From: Alphaproteobacteria bacterium
GTDB lineage: Bacteria; Pseudomonadota; Alphaproteobacteria; CALKHQ01
Reading direction: 5' to 3'
NCBI GenBank assembly: GCA_965227515.1
Contig: CBDDFZ010000002.1
Span: 576,001 to 640,000, forward strand
Length of the DNA: 64,000 bases
The translations under genes and the position numbers were made by a program. This document shows, piece by piece, positions 18,560-28,792 of the stretch (the stretch's first letter is position 1; every line of letters begins with the position of its first letter). The notes beneath the pieces are model-generated. The model saw only the letters and a list, made by a program, of their open reading frames with translations, had not been told where the DNA came from and searched no databases.

Positions 18560-19771
18560 CTACTCGCCGCCGTGCCCGTGGTCCGGGTCGTCGGCATGGG
18601 CATCGTAGTGCTGCTGTAGCAGGTCGGCGCCGTAGTCGTTGCCGTTCGGGGTACGCACCACCGTGTGGATGTGATCGCGGGTCGGCACGTTGCGCGGCCC
18701 GCCCAGCGCGATCGGGCCCTGGTGGTCGAACTCGATCAGAATGACGGGGCTGTGGATGCGGTAGTAGAACGCCGCCTCCGCATCGGTGCCGCCGATCCAG
18801 GCGATGTAGGTTTCATCCAGGTGCGCCAAGACCTCGGTCATCTTCACCGCGGCGTGGCCGCCGTCCATGTTGCCGACATAGAGCATGATCAGGTCCAGCA
18901 GCAATGTCCTCTGGGTGTCGTCCATGTCGGCGGCCGGGAGCCCGGCGTAGGGCATGACGACGTTGTCCTTGAACATCTCGGTCTGGTTTTCCGACCGGCC
19001 CTCCTTCTCGCCCAGTATGGCCTGGTCGCGCTGTGCCGGCGTGAGCGCCTGCATGAGGTCGAGTGCCGCTGCCTGCTCGGCCTCAAGGATCGCGACGCCG
19101 GCATAGTCGCCCGACGTCGCGGTCACCGGTTCGGAGCCCATGAAGGTGGGCGTCATCACGATCTGGTCGCCCAGGACGAAGTAGTTGACGATCAGGTGGT
19201 GGCCCTCGATCTGCCAGCCCCACGGCTCGGTTGCCGACGGCGTGCCCATGATCGCCAGCCAGTACAGGTGCTCGCCATAGTCCTCGAAATCGGACACCAA
19301 CTCGGCCAGATGGTGGTTGAGCCGCATGATGTCGCGCGAGGTCTCGTATCCCTTGGCGCTGAGCGAGGCGCGGAGCAGGCCGTACGCCGCCTCGCGCTGG
19401 GCTTCGTCCATGGCGGCCAGCGACACGCCTTCGCGCGGGAAGCTGTGGATGTTGGCCCAGTTCCGCCAGGCGTCGGCATCGACCTGGAACTGGACCCTGG
19501 CCCGCTGATCCTCGTCGAGCGCCGCGATGAACGCATTCGCCGCGTCGACAACTGGCGCGGTGGAAACGCCGGTGCTCTCGATCCGGTAGAGGCCGTCTTC
19601 GGGCGTGCCATCGGTCGTGATCCCGACGAACGGTGTGGCCAGCGCCTCCTCGGCCATACCCTGCGGGTCGAAGCCGCCCTGTTGGGCGCAGGCGTGAAAC
19701 GCCACCAGGCTCAGTCCCAGGGTCAGCGTCGTGCCGGCGGCAAGCGTCGTCGTGCGGCGCGCGAAGGTCAT
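18560..19771 (-). CDS. DUF3500-family secreted protein
   Basis: Signal peptide; W--Q-EGHHL--N, TP-F-G-EP, YYRIHSP--LIEFDHQ, HIH-V-RTPNGNDYG. Confidence 0.85.
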   Translation of the reverse strand: MTFARRTTTLAAGTTLTLGLSLVAFHACAQQGGFDPQGMAEEALATPFVGITTDGTPEDGLYRIESTGVSTAPVVDAANAFIAALDEDQRARVQFQVDADAWRNWANIHSFPREGVSLAAMDEAQREAAYGLLRASLSAKGYETSRDIMRLNHHLAELVSDFEDYGEHLYWLAIMGTPSATEPWGWQIEGHHLIVNYFVLGDQIVMTPTFMGSEPVTATSGDYAGVAILEAEQAAALDLMQALTPAQRDQAILGEKEGRSENQTEMFKDNVVMPYAGLPAADMDDTQRTLLLDLIMLYVGNMDGGHAAVKMTEVLAHLDETYIAWIGGTDAEAAFYYRIHSPVILIEFDHQGPIALGGPRNVPTRDHIHTVVRTPNGNDYGADLLQQHYDAHADDPDHGHGGE

Positions 19772-19787
19772 CTCGGGGTCTCCAATG

Positions 19788-20444
19788 TCAGGATGGGCGA
19801 ACGGATGCCGGCTGGCGTTGCGTGCGGCGGGGCCGCCCGTAGCGATGCCAAATGCGGTAGGCGCTGAGCGCGACCAGCGGCGCGAAGTGGACGATGGCGG
19901 CGGTCGGGCTGCCCCAGTTGTGCAGCGCCGCCCAGTGCACCAGGGTCAGCAGGGCGGCGACGTAGGTCAGCCGCTGCACCGGCTTCCACCAGCGGCCGAG
20001 CCTGCGCACGGCCCAGTCGGTGGACGTCGCGGCCAGCGGCAGGAAGATTACAAACGCGACCCATCCGGTCCAGATGTACAGCCGCTCCAGCTCGCCGACG
20101 ATGCGGTCGAGCTCGGCCTTGTCGATCAGGTAGAACAGCGTGTGCAGGGCCGCATACGCGAACGCGGCGACGCCGAAATAACGCCGGTTGCGGACCAGCC
20201 AGCGGGGACCGCGCCAGCCGCGCAGCAGCAGTGCCAGCGGTGTCGCGATCATGGCGACGATCAGCAGCCTGGCCGACGTTTCGCCGGACGGATGGACCAG
20301 GATGTGGAACACCCGCGGATTGTCCGACGCGACGGCGTCGTAGATCATCGGAAACGCGGGAATGGCGAGCAGCAGCCAGAGCAGGTAGGGCGAAACCCGG
20401 TCGGCCGCGCGCGTTATCGCGTGCCACGTGGTGGAGGTTTGCAT
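19788..20444 (-). CDS. MsrQ/YedZ-like ferric-reductase transmembrane heme protein
   Basis: SG------L------TPL, RR--GV-AF-YA-LH, PLA-TS----R-LG--WK--QRL-Y-------H. Confidence 0.85.
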   Translation of the reverse strand: MQTSTTWHAITRAADRVSPYLLWLLLAIPAFPMIYDAVASDNPRVFHILVHPSGETSARLLIVAMIATPLALLLRGWRGPRWLVRNRRYFGVAAFAYAALHTLFYLIDKAELDRIVGELERLYIWTGWVAFVIFLPLAATSTDWAVRRLGRWWKPVQRLTYVAALLTLVHWAALHNWGSPTAAIVHFAPLVALSAYRIWHRYGRPRRTQRQPASVRPS

Positions 20445-20679
20445 GGGCGGGCCTGCGCTATCTTGGGTGCGGGCAGTATGGCGCCTGGCGTGTCGCAGAT
20501 GTTTGTCAGCCTGCATCGGGTTTGTATCGCCGTGTCCCAGGCCCCGCGTTTGAGACACCTTGATACATATTCCCCAGTGGCGCTGCCCGGCGCCTGCGCG
20601 GCACGGGCGCTAGGGGAGGGTCGTGGGGCGTGCTATGGTCCTGTCTCGGTTGTGGCTGATGGATGAGGGGTGGCGTGTC

Positions 20680-21588
20680 ATGGACTTTTCGCGTGTCGGG
20701 TTGCGGGCGGCCATGCTGGGCATGACCGCGGCATTGGCCATGCCCACGGTGGCCGCGCCGGCTGCGGCTGGCGAGCAGGTGATCACCCTGGAGAACGAGG
20801 GCCAGCGCGTGATGGCGACGCTGGAGACGCCCGACAGCGGCGGTCCGGCGCCGGTCGTGCTGCTGCTGCACGGCTTCACCGGCACCCGCGACGAGCTGCC
20901 GATCCAGGACACCGACGAGGGCGTGTTCTCGCGGACCGCCCGCGTGCTGGCCGAGGCCGGCTACGCCAGCCTCCGCATCGACTTTCGCGGCTCGGGCGAG
21001 AGCGGCGGCATGTGGGAGGACACCACGTTCTCCGGCCAGGTGTCGGACGCGGTGATGGCCATCGACCACCTCGCCGGGCACCCAGAAGTCGACGGCAGCC
21101 GGATCGCCATTCTCGGCTGGAGCCAGGGCGGCCTTGTCGGCGCGCTGGCGGCGCAGGCCCGCCCCGACGTGAAAGCGGTCATCCTGTGGGCGCCGGTGGT
21201 GGAGCCCCGGCGCACCTTCGGCGACCTGTTCGGCGACGATTTCATCGAGTCAGCGCTGGTCGCGGCACCGGACGAGGTGATGACGGCGGCCCTGCCGTGG
21301 GGTGTCGACACCAAGCTGCGCGCCGCGTTCTTCCGGGAGTTCGCGACCACCAGCCCCGGCGACGCGATTGCCGACTATCCCGGCCCGCTGCTGGTGATCG
21401 CCGGCAGCAACGACACCGTGGTGGCGCCGCAGCCTGAAACCAGCCAGATCCTGATCGACTACCACGAGGGCGCCGAGGACCTGGTGATCTTCGAGACCGA
21501 TCACGTTTGGGATGCGTTCTCCGGCCCGGCGATGCTGGATGAGAACATGATCCCGACGACGATTGCGTGGCTGGCGCAGCATCTCTAG
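20680..21588 (+). CDS. Secreted alpha/beta hydrolase
   Basis: Signal peptide; LLHGFTG, DFRG-GES, GWSQGG, G--D--V, His near the C-terminus. Confidence 0.88.
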   Translation: MDFSRVGLRAAMLGMTAALAMPTVAAPAAAGEQVITLENEGQRVMATLETPDSGGPAPVVLLLHGFTGTRDELPIQDTDEGVFSRTARVLAEAGYASLRIDFRGSGESGGMWEDTTFSGQVSDAVMAIDHLAGHPEVDGSRIAILGWSQGGLVGALAAQARPDVKAVILWAPVVEPRRTFGDLFGDDFIESALVAAPDEVMTAALPWGVDTKLRAAFFREFATTSPGDAIADYPGPLLVIAGSNDTVVAPQPETSQILIDYHEGAEDLVIFETDHVWDAFSGPAMLDENMIPTTIAWLAQHL

Positions 21589-21671
21589 GAGGCGAGCTCG
21601 CCTCGACGCTTGTTTACTGATCCCGCACCGCGGACTCGTCGTCTGCACGGTTGTGCGCATGCAACTTATCC

Positions 21672-21787
21672 CGTCATGCCCGCACTTGTGGAGCCTGCCC
21701 TCGGACTTGTTCCGAGGGGGCATCCACGAGATGGGCGCCTTAGCGGCCAACAAGACGTGGATGGTCGGGACAAGCCCGACCATGACG
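21672..21787. repeat. Family A palindromic repeat with nested hairpin
   Basis: Near-identical to 8801-8915, including the GAGCCTGCCCTCGGACTTGTTCCGAGG insert. Confidence 0.9.
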
Positions 21788-21873
21788 ATGTGTCTTGGCT
21801 TTTCGGCGCCAGGCGACGTCGGCCTGCTTGCCGGGCCGCGTGGGGATTACCTCTGAATTGGCGGTCGCCCGAT

Positions 21874-22923
21874 CTAACCCTTCCAGTCCACCGCGACGAT
21901 GGCGACCGGGTCGCCTGTTTCGACCCGGCCGGCGCCGCGGGTGCACCACAGCATGCCCGTCGCGCCATAGGCGACGTCCGCCGGTGCGCGGTCCGGCGTC
22001 TCGATGAAATGGACCGCGCCGGCATGGGCGCCTTTTTCGACCGTAGCCCCCAGGGCGTCGGCCGGCTCGAACACGCCGGGCGACGGCGCGAAGGTGAACG
22101 CATCCAGGGTCGGGATCTCGACCAGCCGGGTCGGGCCGGGTGCCGGCAGCGGGGCGGCGCGCAGCACACCGGTATGGACCAGGATGTTGTGGGCGGCGCG
22201 TTCGGCCACCGCCAACGCCGTGCGCTGCACGATGCCCGCACCGCCGAACTCGCTGGCGATGGTCAGGATGCCGCGCTTGGCCGCCACCGCCGACAGGGTG
22301 CGGGTCTCGTCGACGCTGCGCAGGAACATATGGGTTGGTGCGGCCGCCGCCTTCGCCAGCGCGGTCACCCGCGCCATGCGTTCAGGGTCGGCGTGATGGT
22401 GGCAGGTGGTCGACGGCGCGATGTTGAGCCCGCGCCCGCCGGAGTGAATGTCGAACAGCACATCGACATGGGGCAGCACGACGCTGGTCACGTAGTGCGC
22501 CAGCACGTCGGCGAAGGTGCCGTTGGCAGCACCCGGGAAACAGCGGTTGAGGTCGCGGCCGTCCAGCGGCGACATCCGCCGCCCGGCCATCGCCGCCGGG
22601 AAATGCAGCGCCGGGATCATGATGACGCGGCCCTGCACGTCCTCCGGCTGCAGCCGGCGGGCGAGCTTCATCAGGGTGATCTGGCCCTCGTACTCGTCGC
22701 CGTGCATGGCGCCGGTCATCAGCACGGTGGGGCCGGTGCCGTTGGCGACCACCACGATCGGCACGCTGATGGTGCCCCAGCCCGACAGGTCGTTGGAATT
22801 CGGCACCCTGAGCACGGTGACCTGCTTGCCCTGGCCGGCGAAGTCGACGTCGCTGAAGACCTTGCTGGCCGCCGTTTCGCTTGCAGGTGCGGCGGTGTCG
22901 CCGTGGATCGGTGCATCAGCCAT
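21874..22923 (-). CDS. Succinylglutamate desuccinylase/aspartoacylase family deacylase (DoeB-like)
   Basis: G--HGDEYEG, R-SP-DG-DLNR-FPG, DIHSGG, E-GG-G. Confidence 0.85.
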   Translation of the reverse strand: MADAPIHGDTAAPASETAASKVFSDVDFAGQGKQVTVLRVPNSNDLSGWGTISVPIVVVANGTGPTVLMTGAMHGDEYEGQITLMKLARRLQPEDVQGRVIMIPALHFPAAMAGRRMSPLDGRDLNRCFPGAANGTFADVLAHYVTSVVLPHVDVLFDIHSGGRGLNIAPSTTCHHHADPERMARVTALAKAAAAPTHMFLRSVDETRTLSAVAAKRGILTIASEFGGAGIVQRTALAVAERAAHNILVHTGVLRAAPLPAPGPTRLVEIPTLDAFTFAPSPGVFEPADALGATVEKGAHAGAVHFIETPDRAPADVAYGATGMLWCTRGAGRVETGDPVAIVAVDWKG

Positions 22924-23178
22924 GGTCGTGCGGCAATCTCATGCAAGGGTGTTCAGAAAAAGGCGCGTCCAACCGGCGCGGCGCGGGGTAGTGCCAGCGC
23001 GGCGCATCCGGTCTATGATAGCACCGCAATTCGATAATCAAATCGCCACGCCACCTTAGGCAAACGGAAATCCTGGCCGCCGCACGACGCGGTGACGGTG
23101 CCTCTTGTCCGCAAAAGTCCTGCGCGGATGCCGGGGCGCGATCCGAAATCCGGCCGTGGCACTAGGAGGAAACCCTAC

Positions 23179-24213
23179 GTGACGAACCCGCATCTCACCG
23201 ACTATCGCAACCTTGGCCGCTGCGGCATGAGGGTCTCACCGCTGTGCCTGGGCACCATGATGTTCGGCGGGCGCACCAACGAGGCCGACAGCCGCGCCAT
23301 CATCGACCATGCCCGCGCCCAGGGCGTGAACTTCATCGACACCGCCGACCAGTACAACGACGGCGAGTCGGAGCGCGTGGTCGGCAAGGCCATCGCCAAC
23401 GAGCGCGACCACTGGATCGTCGCGACCAAGGTCGCCAATCCGATGGGCACCGGCCCGAACGACGAAGGGCTGTCGAAGCGCTACATCCTGCAGGCGGCCG
23501 AAGCCTCGCTCGACCGGATGGGGATGGACTTCGTCGACATCTACTACCTGCACAAGGAGGACCTGAGCACGCCGCTGGACGAGACCCTGAGCGCGGTCGC
23601 CGACCTGCTGGCCCAGGGCATGATCCGCCACTTCGGCGTCTCCAACTTCCGCTCCTGGCGGATCGCGGAGATCGTGCGGCTGTGCGACGCCCACGGGATG
23701 GAACGCCCGGTGGTGACCCAGCCCTACTACAACATGATGAACCGGATGCCGGAGGTGGAGCAGCTTCCGGTCGCCCAGCACTACGGGCTTGGCATCGTGC
23801 CCTACAGCCCGCTGGCGCGCGGCGTGCTGACCGGCAAGTACAGCAACGATGCCGCGCCGCCCGCCGACAGCCGGGCCGCCGCCAAGGATGTGCGCATCCT
23901 GGAAACCGAGTGGCGGCCGGAGTCCATCGAGATCGCCCAGAAGGTGAAGGCGCGGGCCGAGGCGGCCGGTGTCTCGCCCGGCCATTTCGCGGTGCAGTGG
24001 GTGCGCAACAACGCGCTGGTGACCTCCGTCCTGGCCGGGCCGCGCACCATGGAACAGTGGGAGGACTACGTGAAGGCGCTGGACTACACGTTCACCGCCG
24101 ATGACGAGACCTTCGTCGACGGGCTGGTCGCGCCCGGCCACCCCTCCACCCCCGGGTACACCGACCCGCGCTATCCGCTGGAAGGGCGGGTCGCGCGCAC
24201 CAGCGCGGAGTAG
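23179..24213 (+). CDS. Aldo/keto reductase
   Basis: RBS AGGAGG plus GTG; LGTMMFG, FIDTAD-Y, ATK, D-YYLH, GVSNF, PYSPLA-G-LTGKY. Confidence 0.93.
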   Translation: MTNPHLTDYRNLGRCGMRVSPLCLGTMMFGGRTNEADSRAIIDHARAQGVNFIDTADQYNDGESERVVGKAIANERDHWIVATKVANPMGTGPNDEGLSKRYILQAAEASLDRMGMDFVDIYYLHKEDLSTPLDETLSAVADLLAQGMIRHFGVSNFRSWRIAEIVRLCDAHGMERPVVTQPYYNMMNRMPEVEQLPVAQHYGLGIVPYSPLARGVLTGKYSNDAAPPADSRAAAKDVRILETEWRPESIEIAQKVKARAEAAGVSPGHFAVQWVRNNALVTSVLAGPRTMEQWEDYVKALDYTFTADDETFVDGLVAPGHPSTPGYTDPRYPLEGRVARTSAE

Positions 24214-24218
24214 CGTTC

Positions 24219-25079
24219 ATGCCCAACTTCCCGATCGTCGACACCCACGTCCACCTCTACGACATCCACCACCTCGACTACCCGCTGATCCGAACCATGC
24301 CGGGGCTCGACCGCTCTTTCCTGATGAGCGATTTCGATGAGCACCGCGGCCCGGTGGAGGTCGAAGGGATCGTGTTCGCCGAGGTGGCGGTGGCGCCCGG
24401 CCAGCACGTGGACGAGGCGGCATGGGTGCAGGCGATTGCTGACGAGGATTCGCGGCTGAAGGGCATCGTCGCCCACGCACCGCTGGAGAAGGGAGCGGCG
24501 GTCGAGGAAGACCTGGTCAAGCTGAAGCAGAACGCCGCCATGGTCGGCATCCGCCGGCTGATCGAGATCGAGGCCGATCCCACCTTCGTGTTGGCGCCGG
24601 ACTTCCTGGACGGCGTCAAGCTGCTGCCGAAGCACGGGCTGGTGTTCGACATCTGCGTGAAGAGCTGGCAGATGGCCTATGCCATCGAGCTGGTCGACCG
24701 CTGCCCCGAGGTCAGGTTCGTGCTCGACCACATCGGCAAGCCCGACATCCGCAATGGGCTGAAGGAGCCATGGTGGGGCCAGATCCAGCAGCTCGCCAAG
24801 CGGCCGAACGTGACGGTGAAGTTGTCAGGCGTCATCACCGAGGCGAAGTGGGACAGCTGGCAGCCCGACGACGTGAAGCCCTATGTCGCCCACGTCATCG
24901 AGAGCTTCGGCCTCGACCGGGTGATGTACGGGTCGGACTGGTCGGTCTCCACCATTACCCACCCCTATCCGCAGTGGGTCGCGATCATCGACGAGCTGCT
25001 CGCCGGTTCGACCGAGGAGGAGCAGCGCAAGGTGTTCCGCGACAACGCGATCCGCGCCTACGGCCTGGATATGGTGTAG
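24219..25079 (+). CDS. Amidohydrolase_2 family (sugar-lactonase-like)
   Basis: D-H-H, VLDHIGKP, KLSG, FG-DR-MYGSDW, N---Y-L. Confidence 0.88.
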   Translation: MPNFPIVDTHVHLYDIHHLDYPLIRTMPGLDRSFLMSDFDEHRGPVEVEGIVFAEVAVAPGQHVDEAAWVQAIADEDSRLKGIVAHAPLEKGAAVEEDLVKLKQNAAMVGIRRLIEIEADPTFVLAPDFLDGVKLLPKHGLVFDICVKSWQMAYAIELVDRCPEVRFVLDHIGKPDIRNGLKEPWWGQIQQLAKRPNVTVKLSGVITEAKWDSWQPDDVKPYVAHVIESFGLDRVMYGSDWSVSTITHPYPQWVAIIDELLAGSTEEEQRKVFRDNAIRAYGLDMV

Positions 25080-25136
25080 CGGCGGTTTCTAACACCTCGG
25101 CGGTATCATCACCATTGGTTGAGCCCAAACCATGAC

Positions 25137-25226
25137 CGTCATGCCCGCACTTGTTGCGGGCATCCACGTCTTTCATCGACCGCCGCAGATAAGACGTGGA
25201 TGGTCGGGACAAGCCCGACCATGACG
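25137..25226. repeat. Family A palindromic repeat
   Basis: CGTCATGCCCGCACTTGTTGCGGGCATCCACGTC...GACGTGGATGGTCGGGACAAGCCCGACCATGACG. Confidence 0.9.
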
Positions 25227-25260
25227 ATATTGGATAGTTTCAAACCGACCCTGGTCAGAG

Positions 25261-26127
25261 CTACTCCGCCGCGGTGGCCACGTCGTAGATCGGGTTGTCG
25301 TCCTGCGGTGCCAGGTCGTCGTCGGCCGGCTCCGGGTTGTGGGTCCACCAGCCGGTGGTGTCCTCGCCGCGCGCCAGCACTGCGCGGCCGGCATAGTGCG
25401 GGTCGAGCGGCTTTGAGGCCCCCGGCGCGCAATAGCGGATGGTAAGCCCGCAACGCCGGCGGTCCGACAGATTGCCCACCGAGCCATGGGCCAGCATGTC
25501 GGCATGCAGCGACATGGAGCCCGCCGGCAGCACGTTGGCGACCGGCGTGCCGAATGACTCGGTGTCGGCCAGTTCCTGGCCCAGCACAACATTCGGATCG
25601 TCGCTCTGCCGCCACGGCAGCGGCCCCTGCCGGTGGCTGCCGGGCAGGAACAGCATCGGCGCGTTCTCGTCGTCGGTATCGTCGATGGCGAGCCACACCG
25701 TCACCGTGCGCGCCGGCGACATGAACCAGTAGGACGCATCCTGGTGGAACGGTACCGGCCGGTTGTCGTGCGGCATCTTGCAGAAATAGTGCGACGCCCA
25801 GGCGATCAGGTTCGGGCCGGCGATGTCGGCGACGATGTCGGTGATGCGCGGGTCGCGGACCAGGTTCCAAATCGTGCGCGCCCGGTGCTGGTAGCAGTTG
25901 ATGGCGTAGCTGTCGCGCCCGTCGCCATAGGAGGCGAGCGTGTCGAACAGGGCGTCGGTCTCGGCCCGGATGCGGGCGATCTCGGCGGCATCGAACACCG
26001 GGATCGGCGAGATGAAACCACGTTCGTTGTAGTGGTCGATCTGCGCCTGGGTCAGGTGGCGCGGGGTCGGGTTTGAGATCGGCTGGAAGCTGAGGTCGCG
26101 TTCGGGCTGCATCGTCGGGTCCGGCAT
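25261..26127 (-). CDS. Phytanoyl-CoA dioxygenase (PhyH) family 2OG-Fe(II) oxygenase
   Basis: F-K-P, HQDASYW, VWLAIDD---EN-----PGSH, HGS-GN-S--RR. Confidence 0.9.
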   Translation of the reverse strand: MPDPTMQPERDLSFQPISNPTPRHLTQAQIDHYNERGFISPIPVFDAAEIARIRAETDALFDTLASYGDGRDSYAINCYQHRARTIWNLVRDPRITDIVADIAGPNLIAWASHYFCKMPHDNRPVPFHQDASYWFMSPARTVTVWLAIDDTDDENAPMLFLPGSHRQGPLPWRQSDDPNVVLGQELADTESFGTPVANVLPAGSMSLHADMLAHGSVGNLSDRRRCGLTIRYCAPGASKPLDPHYAGRAVLARGEDTTGWWTHNPEPADDDLAPQDDNPIYDVATAAE

Positions 26128-26266
26128 GGCGTTGTTTGGACCAGAGTATCGACGAACCCCGGGGCATCTTCAACGCCGCGCCGTTGCCCCGGAATTGCCC
26201 AGAACATTTCCATGGCAGATTTCGACCACCTTCGCGAGGGACATCAACGTGAAGGAGGACGATCCG

Positions 26267-26614
26267 ATGTCGATGAAATCCATCGCGGTGGGGGCCGCCC
26301 TGCTGACCGCCGCGGCCAGCCCGGCGCTTGCCGAGTCTTGCGGCCACGATGTTTCGTGCGACGCCGACGGCCAGTGCACGATCTGCTGGGATACCAAAGA
26401 CGGTGTGGAGTGCGCCGAAGACAGCATCGGCTTTGTTGCCGATTTCATCCCGGCCTGCCTCGGCCTGCCGCGCGACGGCGTGGTCGAGACCGCGATACCG
26501 CTGGCGCCGTTCCGCCAGTTCGAGCTGCCGGACACGCGGATACCCACGTTCGAAATCGTGACACCCACGCCGACACCTCTACCCGCGAACCCGGACGGAT
26601 CATATGGCGGCTGA
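26267..26614 (+). CDS. Small secreted Cys-rich hypothetical protein
   Basis: RBS AAGGAGG, signal peptide ending ALA, six Cys, Pro/Thr-rich tail. Confidence 0.72.
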   Translation: MSMKSIAVGAALLTAAASPALAESCGHDVSCDADGQCTICWDTKDGVECAEDSIGFVADFIPACLGLPRDGVVETAIPLAPFRQFELPDTRIPTFEIVTPTPTPLPANPDGSYGG

Positions 26615-26999
26615 TCCCAGCGGAGGTTGAATCCGGCGGCGTCTGATCCTGGCGGCGCAGGTAGCGCAAGGATCGGGGCTTTGCCCGCATACGCCGCCTC
26701 GCCTGGCTGCCTGGCAATAACATTGCCCTGGCAGCGGGCAAAATGGCCGGTTTCTGTCGACGAGGGCGTGTTAATATTTCTGAAAGTTTCACAGTCGGCC
26801 GGAACAAGAAAATCAACGTTAGTCACACTCACCACTTGATTTTTCCTGCGCGATGCCCAATTGTGTTTTGGCGTTTTACAGTCGTTTTTGCGTGTCCGTT
26901 GATCCCGCTGGGGATCGCTCGATCATCCTGAACATTGTGAACGTTTCGGGGGCGGCCGTGCACTTCGTGCGGCGGCCCGTTGTATCTTGTGTGAAAGGA

Positions 27000-27215
27000 A
27001 TGACCGTGACTCACGGAACCGTAAAGTTTTTCAACGCGACCAAAGGCTATGGCTTCATCCAGCCGGACGATGGCGGCAATGACGCTTTCGTCCATATCTC
27101 CGCAGTGGAGCGCGCAGGGATGAGCAGCCTGAACGAAGGCCAGAAGGTCTCGTACGAGCTGGAAGCTCAGCGCAATGGGAAGATGGCTGCGACCAACCTG
27201 GTCGCTCAGGACTGA
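27000..27215 (+). CDS. Cold-shock protein (CspA family)
   Basis: GTVKFFNATKGYGFI (RNP1), DAFVHISA (RNP2); AT-rich upstream region. Confidence 0.96.
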   Translation: MTVTHGTVKFFNATKGYGFIQPDDGGNDAFVHISAVERAGMSSLNEGQKVSYELEAQRNGKMAATNLVAQD

Positions 27216-27222
27216 TCCCAGA

Positions 27223-27248
27223 CGGGCGGCGACCTCGGTCGCCGCCCG
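27223..27248 (+). terminator. GC-rich hairpin after the csp gene (terminator or mRNA stabiliser)
   Basis: CGGGCGGCGACC-TC-GGTCGCCGCCCG; only a weak U-tract follows. Confidence 0.55.
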
Positions 27249-27328
27249 AATTGTATGGGCCATGCGACAAGGCGGTCCTATGTAGCATTGCTGAACTCGC
27301 AGGTGGCCAAGCCACGGAAGGGCATTCC

Positions 27329-27580
27329 ATGTCGGCATCGGCCCGCAGCAAAGCGGAGCAGAAATTCGCCAACCTGACCCGAAAGGACACTGAGGCGCGC
27401 AAAGAGCGCGAACGCGCCTACAACGCCGGGCAGGAAAAAACGGCTCGCCTTCGTGCGCTGAGATTGGCCAAGGAAGCCGCCGACAAAGAGGCCGCGGAAA
27501 AGGAGGCGGCCAACGAGGAACTGGCGGCCGCCAAGGGACCGAAGGCCACGAAACGCAAGCCTGCGAAACCGACGGCGTGA
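27329..27580 (+). CDS. Small basic helical hypothetical protein (type often found next to csp genes)
   Basis: EKTARLRALRLAKEA motif and Lys/Ala-rich tail; stop overlaps the desaturase start (GTGA). Confidence 0.7.
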   Translation: MSASARSKAEQKFANLTRKDTEARKERERAYNAGQEKTARLRALRLAKEAADKEAAEKEAANEELAAAKGPKATKRKPAKPTA

Positions 27581-28611
27581 CAGCCGTCGCAAAGCTCTGC
27601 ACGGAGCAGACTCCACGCGGCCTGCGTGCGCGGACCGCCGCATTTCAAATTCCATCCATCTCGGCCAGTGTCTGGCAATTCGCCACCACCGTTGTGGGTT
27701 ATCTGGCGATTATGGCGACGATGTATCTGGCGGCGGAGTTCTCTGTCGTGCTGACATTGGCACTATCGGTCCTCGCCTCCGGATTGCTCGTCCGCATTTT
27801 TGTCATTCAGCACGATTGTGGGCACGGCTCATTTTTCCAGTCCCGCCGGGCGAACGATCTTGTCGGTTTCGTCTGTGGCCTGCTGACCTTCACCCCCTAC
27901 CAGTTTTGGAAGCGCCAACACGCCGGCCACCACGGTGTTTGGAACAACCTGGACCGACGACAGTCGGGCGCGGACATCTATTCGTCGTGCATCACCGTTT
28001 CGGAATACCGCGCCATGGGCCGTTGGCGCCGCCGTCTCTACCGTTTGACCCGGCACCCTCTGGTGATCAACATCCTGGCGCCGCCGCTGGTGTTCGTGGT
28101 TCTGTATCGCGTCCCGTTCGACACGCCTAAAGCCCGCGTTCGCGAGCATCGCTCGGTCCACGCCACCACCCTGATCATCGCCGCCATGGCGGTGGGCTTG
28201 GGGTTCGCGTTCGGGTTCGACCGGCTGGCGCTGGTCCATCTGCCGGTGATGATCTTGTCGTCGATCATCGGCGTGTGGCTGTTCAGCGTACAGCACTGCT
28301 TTGAGCGCACCCATTGGCGCCGACAGGCCGATTGGGACTATGCCGACGCGTCCATGCTCGGATCGTCGTTCCTGGACCTGCCGCCAGTGCTGCGCTGGTT
28401 TACCGGCAATATCGGCTTCCACCATATCCACCATCTGAACCCCCGGGTGCCCAACTACCGGTTGCGGGCATGCCACAACTCCCATCCAACTCTGAGCCGG
28501 GCGCCGCGATTCACGCTGATGACGGCGCTGCGACAATGGCGCTATATGCTTTGGGACGAAGACCGGGGTCGCATGGTCAGTTATCGTGCGGCGACGGCAG
28601 GCGGTTCGTAG
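27577..28611 (+). CDS. Membrane fatty acid desaturase (Des-like)
   Basis: His boxes HDCGH, HAGHH, QH and HHIHH; P-VPNY-L. Confidence 0.92.
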   Translation: MTAVAKLCTEQTPRGLRARTAAFQIPSISASVWQFATTVVGYLAIMATMYLAAEFSVVLTLALSVLASGLLVRIFVIQHDCGHGSFFQSRRANDLVGFVCGLLTFTPYQFWKRQHAGHHGVWNNLDRRQSGADIYSSCITVSEYRAMGRWRRRLYRLTRHPLVINILAPPLVFVVLYRVPFDTPKARVREHRSVHATTLIIAAMAVGLGFAFGFDRLALVHLPVMILSSIIGVWLFSVQHCFERTHWRRQADWDYADASMLGSSFLDLPPVLRWFTGNIGFHHIHHLNPRVPNYRLRACHNSHPTLSRAPRFTLMTALRQWRYMLWDEDRGRMVSYRAATAGGS

Positions 28612-28792
28612 CGGACCCGCGCCGGGTGCACCGGCGCCTCAAAATGAGCGCTTTTCGCACAAACGTGCGGATTTGTTTCCCGACAAGAAAATAGTTTTCG
28701 TCCCACTTGACGACCCCTTGGCCCGGGGCTAAGTGTCGAATTGCCGGTTGTCACGCCGGTGAGAACGATCAGATCAGGGTAGGGGCGTCACC

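Noticed and set aside
21874-22923. Ectoine catabolism (doe) operon
   Set aside because: Only a DoeB-like deacylase is present; no doeA/C/D or ectoine transporter is adjacent.
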